From contig JAKEGO010000152.1 in the NCBI GenBank assembly GCA_022615805.1, positions 1 to 34,277 of the forward strand: a stretch of DNA of 34,277 nucleotides, in the 5' to 3' direction. Every line of letters begins with the position of its first letter. The stretch's first letter is position 1. The notes beneath the pieces are model-generated. The model saw only the letters and a list, made by a program, of their open reading frames with translations. It had not been told where the DNA came from and ran no database searches. Shown here piece by piece: positions 1 through 7,708 of the stretch. The stretch is from Thermoplasmata archaeon. Its GTDB lineage: Archaea > Thermoplasmatota > JAKEGO01. The translations under genes were made by a program, and so were the position numbers.

Positions 1-242
1 AGTGCCTCCCGCCACGACCGCGCGCCTCCGAGGTCCACGGCCCGCCGCTGGAGCCCCCACATCTGGAGGTGCGCGTGCGCGTCCACGAATCCCGGAAGGA
101 GTGCCGCGCCCCCCAGGTCGACGACCTCGCAGCCGGACGGCACGGCGAGGCGGTGGCCTATCTCGTCGATGAGGCCGTCGACGCACACGAGCGTGTCCCC
201 GTAGGGGGAGTTGAACCCCTTCAGCGCCAGATCGCCGGCCAT
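1..242 (-). CDS. amidohydrolase-superfamily metal-dependent hydrolase, N-terminal fragment (gene continues past left window edge)
   Basis: Absent from the ORF track because it has no in-window stop. Manual reverse translation from the ATG (complement of 240-242) gives MAGDLALKGFNSPYGDTLVCVDGLIDEIGHRLAVPSGCEVVDLGGAALLPGFVDAHAHLQMWGLQRRAVDLGG... The 'LLPGFVDAHAHL' HxH metal-binding N-terminus is typical of amidohydrolases. Third codon positions are strongly G/C. Confidence 0.65.
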   Translation of the reverse strand, partial: MAGDLALKGFNSPYGDTLVCVDGLIDEIGHRLAVPSGCEVVDLGGAALLPGFVDAHAHLQMWGLQRRAVDLGGARSWREA

Positions 243-276
243 GGCCGCGGAAGGGCGCCCTCCGGTAAAAGGTTTG

Positions 277-286
277 TTTTTTATAG
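277..286. promoter_or_regulatory. AT-rich TATA element (TTTTTTATAG) in the divergent intergenic region; candidate bidirectional promoter
   Basis: This is the only AT-rich block between the minus-strand ATG at 242 and the plus-strand start near 319. It reads as a TATA box in both orientations. Confidence 0.45.
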
Positions 287-318
287 CGCCTAACCGTTGC
301 GTTCCGGGGGAGGTACGG

Positions 319-678
319 TTGGAGACCGGTATATCTGAGCTGTCGTTCGCATTCGCGCTCCTCGAGGAGCTCGCGGAGAGGCTGACCGACGTGGCGGAGG
401 TCACGTCGCTCGGCTCGGGAGTCTTCGAATGGCCGCGCCTCGACGGGACGGGCGTGCGGCCCGGGATATCGGCGTTCCTCCATTTCAGGCACCCCGAGTT
501 CATGGTCAAGTCCACCGCCGCCGAGTGGGACCGCCACGAGAAACCCTACTTCCGGCTCGTCGTCCCCCGGCGGAGCCAGTCCAACATCCCGCGGATGCTC
601 AGGGCCCTTTCAGAGCTCGAGCCGGAGACCTTCTACGTGTTGCCGCTGTTCCGTACCCAGCAGGAGCTCGACCGCTAG
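319..678 (+). CDS. hypothetical protein (N-terminal part of a TAG-interrupted reading frame)
   Basis: Track ORF 211..678. An ATG at 211 would overlap the divergent amidohydrolase start and the shared TATA element. I therefore prefer TTG 319, which is preceded by GGAGG (309-313). No family is recognised. High GC3 supports coding. The ORF ends at TAG 676-678, after which the same frame stays open to 1047. Confidence 0.5.
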   Translation: METGISELSFAFALLEELAERLTDVAEVTSLGSGVFEWPRLDGTGVRPGISAFLHFRHPEFMVKSTAAEWDRHEKPYFRLVVPRRSQSNIPRMLRALSELEPETFYVLPLFRTQQELDR

Positions 679-813
679 CACATACTTCGGAACATCATCG
701 GTGACTCGGCTTTCATCCCCGTCAGGACGCTCGCCTCCCTCGACGACAACGAGCACTACGTCACGGGGAACGCGGCCGACGACCTCCTCCTCGACGGGGA
801 GCCCCTGGAGGGC

Positions 814-1047
814 GTGCTCACGGGGAACGCGATGACCGAGAGCCTCGCAGCGGCACTGGCGGACGACCAACGCGTCTCGCTCATCAACCGGGAGTACCTG
901 CAGAGGATGAACAGGACCCTCGAATCGATCATCTTCCCCGGCTCCTCGTCGGCGCCAGATTCGCCACCGTCGACCGCGGCGAACGCGATTGCGCGCCTCA
1001 TGCGCATCTACCTCGGAGGCGAGGCGGTCCTCCTCATGCGCCATTGA
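814..1047 (+). CDS. hypothetical ORF, probably the C-terminal continuation of 319..678 rather than an independent gene
   Basis: Same frame as 319..678, with no other stop codon between 679 and 813. Region 679-813 has coding-like GC3. The track start is GTG 814 and the first ATG is at 832. Stop is TGA. Confidence 0.35.
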   Translation: MLTGNAMTESLAAALADDQRVSLINREYLQRMNRTLESIIFPGSSSAPDSPPSTAANAIARLMRIYLGGEAVLLMRH

Positions 1048-1120
1048 CCGCGCGACGCGGCCGGCCCCTCGCTGAGCGATATGACCCGGCCAAAGCGCGC
1101 CAACGGTTGGCTCCACCAAC

Positions 1121-1131
1121 ATTTAATATAT
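1121..1131 (+). promoter_or_regulatory. TATA box (ATTTAATATAT) for the 1151 gene
   Basis: AT-rich element centred about 25 nt upstream of ATG 1151, which implies a leaderless or near-leaderless transcript. Confidence 0.5.
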
Positions 1132-1150
1132 CGCATCGGGATAATGGCGC

Positions 1151-1552
1151 ATGGCACGTTCCAGGCTGAGGATGGCCGCCGTACTTGCGATCCTCGCAGG
1201 GGGTCTGCTCCTGTTGTCGGGCATCGCTGGCGCCGGGACATGGTCGAGCCTCAGGGATGCCCTGGAGAAGCACGTGGAGATGGACGGCAACCTCGAGATG
1301 GTCTTCTTCGTGCTGATCCTGCTCGGCTCCTTCGGTGGCCTGACCGTCATGGCAGGCGGATGGTTCCTCTGGCGCGGCATGAAGCGCACCGGGAGGGTCC
1401 TCGTGACGATCGGCGTCGGCATCGGCCTCATCGGTCTCGTACTTGCCCTCCTGATCGCGACCCTGAAGGGCGACCTCGAGGGATTCCTTTCGCCATCGGC
1501 CGGCCTTGTCGGGATCGTGCTCTCCATCGCCGCGAGGATGATGGCCAAGTGA
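1151..1552 (+). CDS. small integral membrane protein (about 4 TM helices), function unknown
   Basis: 133 aa with hydrophobic helices AAVLAILAGGLLLLSGIAG, MVFFVLILLGSFGGLTVMAGGWFL, VLVTIGVGIGLIGLVLALLIA and LVGIVLSIAA. The overlapping track ORF 1081..1593 in another frame lacks such structure. Confidence 0.6.
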   Translation: MARSRLRMAAVLAILAGGLLLLSGIAGAGTWSSLRDALEKHVEMDGNLEMVFFVLILLGSFGGLTVMAGGWFLWRGMKRTGRVLVTIGVGIGLIGLVLALLIATLKGDLEGFLSPSAGLVGIVLSIAARMMAK

Positions 1553-1597
1553 TGGCATTGACCTCGACGCGAACGATACGGGTCCGGGGATGAACGT

Positions 1598-2650
1598 ATG
1601 ATCGGCGTGGTGCTTGCCGGAGGCGAGGGGACGAGGCTGAGGCCATTCACGGCGCTGAGGCCGAAGCCCTTCGTGCCGGTCCTCGGGAGGCCGTGCATCG
1701 ATTATGCGCTGGACCTCTTCGATCCCATCGGCGTAAGGGACGTGCTCGTCACTACCTACTTCCGTCCGGAGCAGCTCATCGGGCACCTCAGGGGCGGTTC
1801 CGCACGCGACATGCGCATATTCTACTCGATCGAGGATGCCGCCCTCGGCACGGCAGGAGGCGTCGCCAAGGCCCGCCGCCTCCTTAACGAGACCATCATC
1901 GTCGTCAGCGGCGACCTGTTCGTCGAGGCCGACCTCACCCGCCTTATCGAGGCTCACCGCAGGACCGGCGCGAGGGCGACCATGGCCCTGAGGGAGGTGC
2001 TCAACCCAGTCGAGTACGGGATAGTCGGCCTCGACAGTAAGGGGCGCGTGACCCGATTCATCGAGAAGCCCTCGCCCGAAGAGGTCTTCTCCAACCTCAT
2101 CAACGCCGGGATCTATGCGATCGAGGCCGATGTCCTCGACATGATACCCGAGGGTGCGCGGTTCGATTTCTCGAGGGACCTCTTTCCCCTCCTGCGAGAC
2201 GAGGGCACGCTGTACGGTTCGGAGCTCGAGGGGATATGGATCGACATCGGCCGCCCCGCCGACCTGCTGCGGGCGAACAAGGAGGCCGCGATGAAGAGGA
2301 TCTCCGCGGCAGGCGGGTCGCTCTCGGCCAGCGGCCTCGTCCACCCCGAGGCCCGGGTGGAGGGCGAGGTCTCCGGCGCCTCCTACCTCGGGCCCGGAGC
2401 GGTCGTGGAGAGGGAGGCCAAGGTCCGGGACTCCTTCCTCCTCGACGGGGTGTACGTCCGTCAGGGGGCCACGGTCGAGGGGAGCCTCGTCCTCGAGGGC
2501 ACACGGATCGAGCGCGACAGCGCAGTCCACGACACCCTGATCGGCTCGGGCTGCGAGATATCCTCGCAGTCCCGCCTCGAGGAGTGCGTCCTCGGCGACA
2601 TGGTCGTAGTCCCCGGCGGTTCCTGGCTCGTCAGGCAGAGGCTGGAGTGA
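1598..2650 (+). CDS. sugar-1-phosphate nucleotidyltransferase with C-terminal left-handed beta-helix (GlmU/ManC/RmlA-like)
   Basis: The N-terminus MIGVVLAGGEGTRLRPFT...PKPFVPV carries the G-x-G-T-R-L nucleotidyltransferase signature. The C-terminal third has hexapeptide-repeat character (e.g. 'GAVVEREAKVRDSFLLDGVYVRQGATVEGSLVLEG'). Sugar specificity cannot be assigned. Confidence 0.8.
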   Translation: MIGVVLAGGEGTRLRPFTALRPKPFVPVLGRPCIDYALDLFDPIGVRDVLVTTYFRPEQLIGHLRGGSARDMRIFYSIEDAALGTAGGVAKARRLLNETIIVVSGDLFVEADLTRLIEAHRRTGARATMALREVLNPVEYGIVGLDSKGRVTRFIEKPSPEEVFSNLINAGIYAIEADVLDMIPEGARFDFSRDLFPLLRDEGTLYGSELEGIWIDIGRPADLLRANKEAAMKRISAAGGSLSASGLVHPEARVEGEVSGASYLGPGAVVEREAKVRDSFLLDGVYVRQGATVEGSLVLEGTRIERDSAVHDTLIGSGCEISSQSRLEECVLGDMVVVPGGSWLVRQRLE

Positions 2651-2656
2651 TGCGCG

Positions 2657-4270
2657 ATGCTTGCACGCAAGGCGATGTTGGTCGTCCTCAATGACATCAT
2701 CGGCACGCTCCTCGGGTACTTCGCCCTCTACCTCATCCTGCGCGAGTTCGGGAGGTTCGAATACGGCGTGCTCGCCTTCGGGCTCGGCTTCACCGGCCTG
2801 TACAGCATCCTCGGCAACCTCGGGTACAACAAGGCCAACGTGAAGCGCGTCTCCGAGGGGAAGGACCTCGGGACATGCGTCGGCACGTTCCTCGTCGTCA
2901 AGATCGTCCTCCTTGCCATCTTCAACGCCACGATACTCCTCTCGCTCTACGTCTGGACGGACCATATGGGTCGCGGGTTCGAGACCGACAGGCACGAATC
3001 GGTCATCCTCATCCTCCTCCTCTACGTCAACCTCGACGCCCTCTCCGAGGTCTTCTGCACGACGTTCAACGGGCGCCTCGAGCTCGCCAAGGCCCAGGTG
3101 TCGCGCATCACCGGGAACGTCATACGCCTCGTCGGGATGATATACGTCACGACCATAGCGACGATCGACAACGCCGCCGAGCTCCTCGCATGGACCTACG
3201 TGCTCGGTTCCTCGGTCGAGCTGGCCGGGGCGATGCTGCTGTACAAGGGCCTCCCGATATCCCGCCCGTCCATGGAGTACTTCCGGTCCTACACGAAGTA
3301 CGCGCTGCCCGCGCTCATCATGACGTCCACGACCGTCATCACCGTCAACACCGACAAGGTCATGCTCCAGGCGTTCTGGTCCGCTTCGACCGTGGGGACA
3401 TACGCCTCGGCGCAGCGCGTCATACTGGTCATTGGCTTCCTCGGCAACGCGATCAGCGCGGTGCTGATGCCTTCCATCTCCAAACTCCACTCGAAGGGCA
3501 AGCACGGACGGATACTGGAACTGGTCGACCAGACCGAGAAGTACATATTGATTGTATCCCTCCCCCTCGTCGCGTTCATAGTCGCGGTTCCCGACCGCAT
3601 TGTCTACATACTTCTGTACAACGAGTCCTCGCCCGTCGTACTCATGATCCTCGCCGTCTGGGTCGTGATATACGTCTTCAATACCCCGTACCGTTCGCTG
3701 ATCCAGGGATGGGACCGCCCGGACGTCATGGCGAAGATCGGGGTGCTCGACGCCACCACGAACGTCGCCCTGAACCTGATATTCATCCCCGCCGCGCTCC
3801 TCGGGGTCACGATGTTCGGGTGGCGGGCCGTCGGAGCCGCCTTCGCCACGCTCATCGCCCAGATCATCGTCTACATAAGCATACGTTATTACGGCCACCG
3901 CCTGGCGAACGCGAAGACGCACCTCAGGCATCTCGCCATCATCCCGGCGGCCATAGCGCTCTGGGCGACGGTCTACCTCCTCGACTCCTTCAGCCCCGCC
4001 CTCCGGTGGCACCACCTCGCTCTGTACTTCGTGGTCGGGTTCGAGGTGTACGCCATCGTGCTCATGATCACACGGCGGATCACCGCAGGCGACATCTCGT
4101 TCATCCTCGACGTCATGAACCCTTTCAGCATGGCCAGGTACGTATCCGACGAGATAACTGGGAGGGATGCCCGGCGGGATCCCCGCGCGCCCGGGGCGGC
4201 CGGCAAGGGCGCCACGGCCGGCAGGTGGAGACCTGGCGAGCCCCATCGCCGAGGAGATCGCCCGCGGTGA
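2657..4270 (+). CDS. Wzx/RfbX-type (MOP superfamily) oligosaccharide flippase / polysaccharide biosynthesis membrane protein
   Basis: 537 aa and polytopic (about 12-14 hydrophobic helices). It starts 6 nt after the nucleotidyltransferase stop. Its length and helix layout are typical of archaeal 'polysaccharide biosynthesis protein' flippases. It has an Arg/Gly/Pro-rich C-terminal tail. Confidence 0.7.
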   Translation: MLARKAMLVVLNDIIGTLLGYFALYLILREFGRFEYGVLAFGLGFTGLYSILGNLGYNKANVKRVSEGKDLGTCVGTFLVVKIVLLAIFNATILLSLYVWTDHMGRGFETDRHESVILILLLYVNLDALSEVFCTTFNGRLELAKAQVSRITGNVIRLVGMIYVTTIATIDNAAELLAWTYVLGSSVELAGAMLLYKGLPISRPSMEYFRSYTKYALPALIMTSTTVITVNTDKVMLQAFWSASTVGTYASAQRVILVIGFLGNAISAVLMPSISKLHSKGKHGRILELVDQTEKYILIVSLPLVAFIVAVPDRIVYILLYNESSPVVLMILAVWVVIYVFNTPYRSLIQGWDRPDVMAKIGVLDATTNVALNLIFIPAALLGVTMFGWRAVGAAFATLIAQIIVYISIRYYGHRLANAKTHLRHLAIIPAAIALWATVYLLDSFSPALRWHHLALYFVVGFEVYAIVLMITRRITAGDISFILDVMNPFSMARYVSDEITGRDARRDPRAPGAAGKGATAGRWRPGEPHRRGDRPR

Positions 4271-4436
4271 ACGTCGCCCGATGACCGACCGACATGATCG
4301 AGACCATCGTTCCGGGTGCGTATGGTCATCTGGCGATGTCCAGGAAAAGGGTCGCATGCCATCCCTTGTCGGTACCAATGACCATGTTGCCAACGGGAGC
4401 GCTGGGCCGGGGCCGCCCGCGGTCCGCTCCGCGGAA

Positions 4437-4447
4437 CGTATAAGTAA
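4437..4447 (+). promoter_or_regulatory. TATA-like element (CGTATAAGTAA) upstream of purN
   Basis: Centred about 26 nt upstream of ATG 4468, which suggests a leaderless purN mRNA. Confidence 0.4.
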
Positions 4448-4467
4448 CGACCGCCCGCTCCAGGCCC

Positions 4468-5121
4468 ATGGGCCGCATCAGGATCGCCGTGCTCGCCTCA
4501 GGGTCGGGTAGCGATTGCCAGTCGGTCATCGACGCGTGCCGGTCCGGGGCGATCGACGGGGACGTCGTCCTTGTCGTCTCCAACAATCCCGAGGCCCCGG
4601 TCCTCGGAAGGGCGTCCAGGCACGGCATCGAGGGCGTTTCGATCCCATCGAAGGGCCTGCGCCGCGAGGAACACGAGGCCCTCGTGATCGACCTAATGGA
4701 GTCGAGGGAAATAGACCTCATGGTGCTCGCAGGTTACGTCAGGATGCTCACGCCGCTGTTCATCGGGTACGCGAGGGGCCGAGCAATGAACATACACCCG
4801 ACCCTCCTCCCGCTCTTCGGCGGCAAGGGGATGTACGGGCTCGCCCCCCACGAGGCGGTCATCGCGAGCGGCATGAAGGTCTCGGGATGCACGGTCCACT
4901 TCGTGGACGAGCGGGTCGATGGAGGCCCGATAATAGCGCAGCGCTGCGTCCCCGTGGTCGAGGGGGACACGCCCGAGAGCCTCCAGCAGAGGGTGCTCAT
5001 CCAGGAGCACATCCTCCTCCCCGAGGTCGTCCAGATGTTCGCGCAGGGGCGCCTCCTTATCGAGGGCGACAGGGTCAGGGTCCTCGAAGTCCCTCGGCGG
5101 AAGGCGCGTGCGGTCCGGTGA
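4468..5121 (+). CDS. purN: phosphoribosylglycinamide formyltransferase (GAR transformylase)
   Basis: Motifs 'RIAVLASGSGS', 'NIHPTLLPLFGG', 'SGCTVHFVDERVDGGPIIAQ' and 'DTPESLQQRVLIQEH' match the PurN formyltransferase core. Its 217 aa length is typical. Confidence 0.9.
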   Translation: MGRIRIAVLASGSGSDCQSVIDACRSGAIDGDVVLVVSNNPEAPVLGRASRHGIEGVSIPSKGLRREEHEALVIDLMESREIDLMVLAGYVRMLTPLFIGYARGRAMNIHPTLLPLFGGKGMYGLAPHEAVIASGMKVSGCTVHFVDERVDGGPIIAQRCVPVVEGDTPESLQQRVLIQEHILLPEVVQMFAQGRLLIEGDRVRVLEVPRRKARAVR

Positions 5122-5168
5122 GCGCCCCGCCCGCGGACGGTTCCCAAGGAAGTAAGAGTAAAATGGCC

Positions 5169-5174
5169 TTTTTT
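5169..5174 (+). terminator. oligo-T tract (T6), candidate archaeal terminator after purN
   Basis: 'GGCCTTTTTTCG' lies about 50 nt after the purN stop. Archaeal termination commonly uses oligo-T runs. Confidence 0.45.
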
Positions 5175-5215
5175 CGCTGGTAAACTCGACATTCACTGGT
5201 AATTACCAACCATGG

Positions 5216-5225
5216 TATTTATATC
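5216..5225 (+). promoter_or_regulatory. TATA box (TATTTATATC) for the tandem wHTH genes
   Basis: AT-rich element about 50 nt upstream of ATG 5272. It lies inside the track's 5212 ORF extension, which argues against the 5212 start. Confidence 0.45.
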
Positions 5226-5271
5226 GAGCGGCAGAAGGGGATATCGCTCCGGGGAACCGGGGCATGGGGGT

Positions 5272-5646
5272 ATGAGAACGGACGCTTACCATGGAATGGA
5301 GGGCTCGTGCCCGCTGGCCAGTCGATTGATGGCCGAACCGGCAATGCTGAAGGTCCTGGAGGGCGTGGGAACGCTCTCGGACGAGCGGGGGCATGCCATG
5401 TTCGAACGGCTCAGGTCGGCTGCGGACATCTCCATCGGGCAACTCTACTACAACCTCTCGATACTGTCCCAGCGCGGCCTCGTCTCCATGTCCCGCGGGG
5501 CCCTGGGGTGCGGGTCCAGGGCGGGGTTCAGGTGCGAGATGACGGCGCTCGGCCGCCGGGCGATCTGGGGCCTCCCGCACATGAGGGCCGATGCCGGCGA
5601 GTGGGACACCCCGGCGACAGGAGGCGAGTGCGCTGTCGCCCGATGA
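5272..5646 (+). CDS. ArsR/winged-helix-type transcriptional regulator (copy 1)
   Basis: 'MLKVLEGVGTLSDERGHAMFERLRSAADISIGQLYYNLSILSQRGLVSMSRG...FRCEMTALGRRAI' has the layout of a helix-turn-helix followed by a wing. The start is uncertain (ATG 5272, 5296 or 5329). Confidence 0.55.
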   Translation: MRTDAYHGMEGSCPLASRLMAEPAMLKVLEGVGTLSDERGHAMFERLRSAADISIGQLYYNLSILSQRGLVSMSRGALGCGSRAGFRCEMTALGRRAIWGLPHMRADAGEWDTPATGGECAVAR

Positions 5647-5650
5647 CCCG

Positions 5651-5944
5651 ATGGGGCGCATGTGCGCCCACATGCTGGGCCCGGAGCAGGCGAGGCTCCT
5701 CGAGCGGATCGCCAGGGGCTCACGGGGGAACGGGGCCAACATCGACGATATCCGCTCCTCGACGACGCTCTCCGGAGAACGGGTCTTCTTCCACCTTACG
5801 GTCATGGCCCAGGTCGGTTTGATCTCCACCGTGATCGACGGCAGCGACGGGTCCGGGCCGAAGGTGCATTACCGGCTCACGGACGCGGGAGAGAGCGCGA
5901 TCGCGGACCTTTGGAACGGCGGGGGTGGCGGGATACGGTCCTGA
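5651..5944 (+). CDS. ArsR/winged-helix-type transcriptional regulator (copy 2)
   Basis: 'EQARLLERIARGSRGNGANIDDIRSSTTLSGERVFFHLTVMAQVGLISTV...KVHYRLTDAGESAI' is a wHTH. It starts 5 nt after the copy 1 stop, with alternative ATGs at 5660 and 5672. Confidence 0.55.
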   Translation: MGRMCAHMLGPEQARLLERIARGSRGNGANIDDIRSSTTLSGERVFFHLTVMAQVGLISTVIDGSDGSGPKVHYRLTDAGESAIADLWNGGGGGIRS

Positions 5945-6046
5945 TCTTCCTCCTTCCGGCGCACCCGCTGGTGATCCCAGTCTGAGATCCCCCAGCGGCT
6001 CCCGGTCGGCACTATGAGGCCCTACGAGCGCGATGGCCAGGCATCA

Positions 6047-6502
6047 TCACTTGCGCGATGCCGTTCCGTCCGAACGCCTGTCCAACGTCATGACCCTCAG
6101 GCCGGTGGCCGGGTCCTCCTTCCGTGAAAGACCGATGCCGTCGAGGGCGAGCATCGTCACCTCGTTGACGTACTGGACCGTGCCGCCGAGGACGTGGCCT
6201 CCGGCCGTCGAGTGGTCACCCAGCCCGACGACCGCGTGAAGGTGGACCGAGGAGGGCGCGCAACTGCCGAGGAGCGACAGTAGTTCCACCGGGCCATCGA
6301 GGGTCGATTCCCGGTACCCTTTCCCGTCCCAGTATCCGAGCCTCGCGTTCCGCAGCATCCCGATGCCGGATACGACCAGGGCCGAGCCCGCCGCCTCGCG
6401 TGACGCCATGGCCTCGACCGATGCCAGGAGTTCCTCGCCGTCGTCCAGCCTCGCAACGATCACTTGACCCGACCGTGCCGATTCCATGCTCCTACCTCGC
6501 AT
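6047..6502 (-). CDS. PPC (DUF296) domain protein, putative DNA-binding
   Basis: 'VIVARLDDGEELLASVEAMA...ALVVSGIGMLRNARLGYWD...GPVELLSLLGS...VHLHAVVG...GGHVLGGTV.YVNEV' matches the PPC/DUF296 fold signature. The upstream part of the track ORF (to 6616) overlaps the promoter of the divergent pilin-like gene. I prefer ATG 6502, with ATG 6487 as an alternative. Confidence 0.75.
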   Translation of the reverse strand: MRGRSMESARSGQVIVARLDDGEELLASVEAMASREAAGSALVVSGIGMLRNARLGYWDGKGYRESTLDGPVELLSLLGSCAPSSVHLHAVVGLGDHSTAGGHVLGGTVQYVNEVTMLALDGIGLSRKEDPATGLRVMTLDRRSDGTASRK

Positions 6503-6577
6503 GACGGGACGAGCGTTTCCATAGTTAAGGGTGAGCCATGCCGACCCTCCGGCGGACGAATGCCAGTCGCCCGGAGG

Positions 6578-6590
6578 AAAATTGATATAC
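6578..6590 (+). promoter_or_regulatory. TATA-like element (AAAATTGATATAC) for the pilin-like gene pair
   Basis: AT-rich element about 40-50 nt upstream of ATG 6629. Confidence 0.35.
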
Positions 6591-6628
6591 GGGTGCGGCC
6601 ATATGACGAGAGGCAAGGCGGGAGCAGC

Positions 6629-7708
6629 ATGAAGGGGTTCCGGAAGCGCTTTATGAACGATGTCGATGCCGTAACACCCATCATCGGCACACTTCTCCTG
6701 ATCACCATCATGCTGACCATCATCTCGACGATACTCTACTGGAGCATACCTACCATCAACAGGATAAGCTGGGACACCGAGTTCAGGACCTCGATGGCCG
6801 GTTTCGAGGCGTACGACGCCGCGCTCGAGGATACTGTCACGGGCGGGATCGCGGGCTCGACGCGGACCGTCAGGATATCTGTCGCCAAGGGCGACATGAT
6901 GTACATATCAAACAAGGCGCGCTGGTACGTGTCGTACACGACGAGCGCGAACTACGACTTCGAGATCGATGGGATCGACCAGGAGTACGAGTCCACCCGG
7001 AGCATCACGCCCTTCCGCGTCCTCATCCGGCCGGAGAACACGTTCGAACCGGATTTCGACCTCGAGCTCATCTGGGTCAACGACACATCGACGGAGTCGC
7101 AATGGTTCGACGACCGGGAATTCGGTCAAACGCTCACACCTGGCCGTGCGTTCTTCGGCGAACAGGATACGCGGTACGTCCGATTCAGGATCACCCGCTA
7201 CGACGACCGGGACCACCTCATGGGAGAGGGATACCTCATACGGCTCGACAGGCTGGAGGTGAGGATACCCAGCGAGTTCGGCACGGCCCGCATCATCTCC
7301 GAGAACGGCGCTCTCATCCGATCGTACAACGGCCACACGGTGATCAATTCCCCGATACTGGACTACGACCAGGACTCGACCAAGGTCCTGATGAACGTCA
7401 TCCCAATGGACGTTATGGGGCTGCGTGCGGTCGGCCCGGGGAACTGGCGCGTCCGGATGAGGCTCGCGGACAGGGAGTACATGCCCTTCGACGAGGCCTA
7501 CCACATCAGGGTCCGCGTGTTCGGCGAGAACCAGGTGGCGTGGGAGGAGCACCTCTCGCGCAACTTCGAGGCCTTCCAGCCGGCGGTGGACGCCCCGGTC
7601 TCCCTGACCCCCGGCGACGAGCAGGACGGTTTCCACCTCCTCGCGGAGGGCGCCGTCCAGCTGAAGCTCGTGCGCTCCACCGTCGAGGTGGACATCGAGG
7701 GGGTGTGA
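6629..7708 (+). CDS. archaeal type IV pilin-like / class III signal peptide protein (DUF1628-like N-terminus)
   Basis: The N-terminus 'MKGFRKRFMNDVDAVTPIIGTLLLITIMLTIISTILYW' resembles the archaeal pilin/archaellin-like consensus (D/E)xAVSPVIGvILMvAITV. The remaining ~320 aa are a soluble domain with no recognised family. The track start at 6464 is rejected. Confidence 0.7.
   Translation: MKGFRKRFMNDVDAVTPIIGTLLLITIMLTIISTILYWSIPTINRISWDTEFRTSMAGFEAYDAALEDTVTGGIAGSTRTVRISVAKGDMMYISNKARWYVSYTTSANYDFEIDGIDQEYESTRSITPFRVLIRPENTFEPDFDLELIWVNDTSTESQWFDDREFGQTLTPGRAFFGEQDTRYVRFRITRYDDRDHLMGEGYLIRLDRLEVRIPSEFGTARIISENGALIRSYNGHTVINSPILDYDQDSTKVLMNVIPMDVMGLRAVGPGNWRVRMRLADREYMPFDEAYHIRVRVFGENQVAWEEHLSRNFEAFQPAVDAPVSLTPGDEQDGFHLLAEGAVQLKLVRSTVEVDIEGV

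Noticed and set aside
2975-2986. tRNA T-arm-like GGGTTCGAGACC (also GGGTTCGAGTTC at 7957-7968)
   Set aside because: Both lie inside well-supported CDSs. Neither has a flanking acceptor or anticodon stem arrangement. I found no tRNA-like cloverleaf anywhere in the intergenic regions.
1034-4393. 1119-aa minus-strand ORF spanning the membrane protein, nucleotidyltransferase and flippase genes
   Set aside because: The translation is low-complexity and rich in Arg/Gly/Pro/Asp/Glu, with no motifs. The opposite strand carries clear family signatures (GxGTRL nucleotidyltransferase, polytopic flippase). This is a typical stop-depleted antisense shadow ORF in GC-rich DNA.
4271-4467. 197-nt intergenic region upstream of purN with GACCAT/ATGGTC and CCGCGG...CCGCGG dyads and a 114-aa track ORF (4167..4511); considered as a riboswitch, sRNA or small gene
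   Set aside because: The stems are only 6 bp, and I can name no recognisable RNA family. The ORF translation is Arg/His/Asp/Gly-rich and overlaps both flanking genes. This could only be revisited with covariance-model scans.
6464-6628. Upstream extensions of the pilin-like ORFs (track starts 6464 and 7102)
   Set aside because: The extensions are Arg/Pro-rich and overlap the divergent PPC gene or the preceding pilin-like gene out of frame. The pilin-type N-termini with their preceding start codons (6629, 7705) define the real starts.
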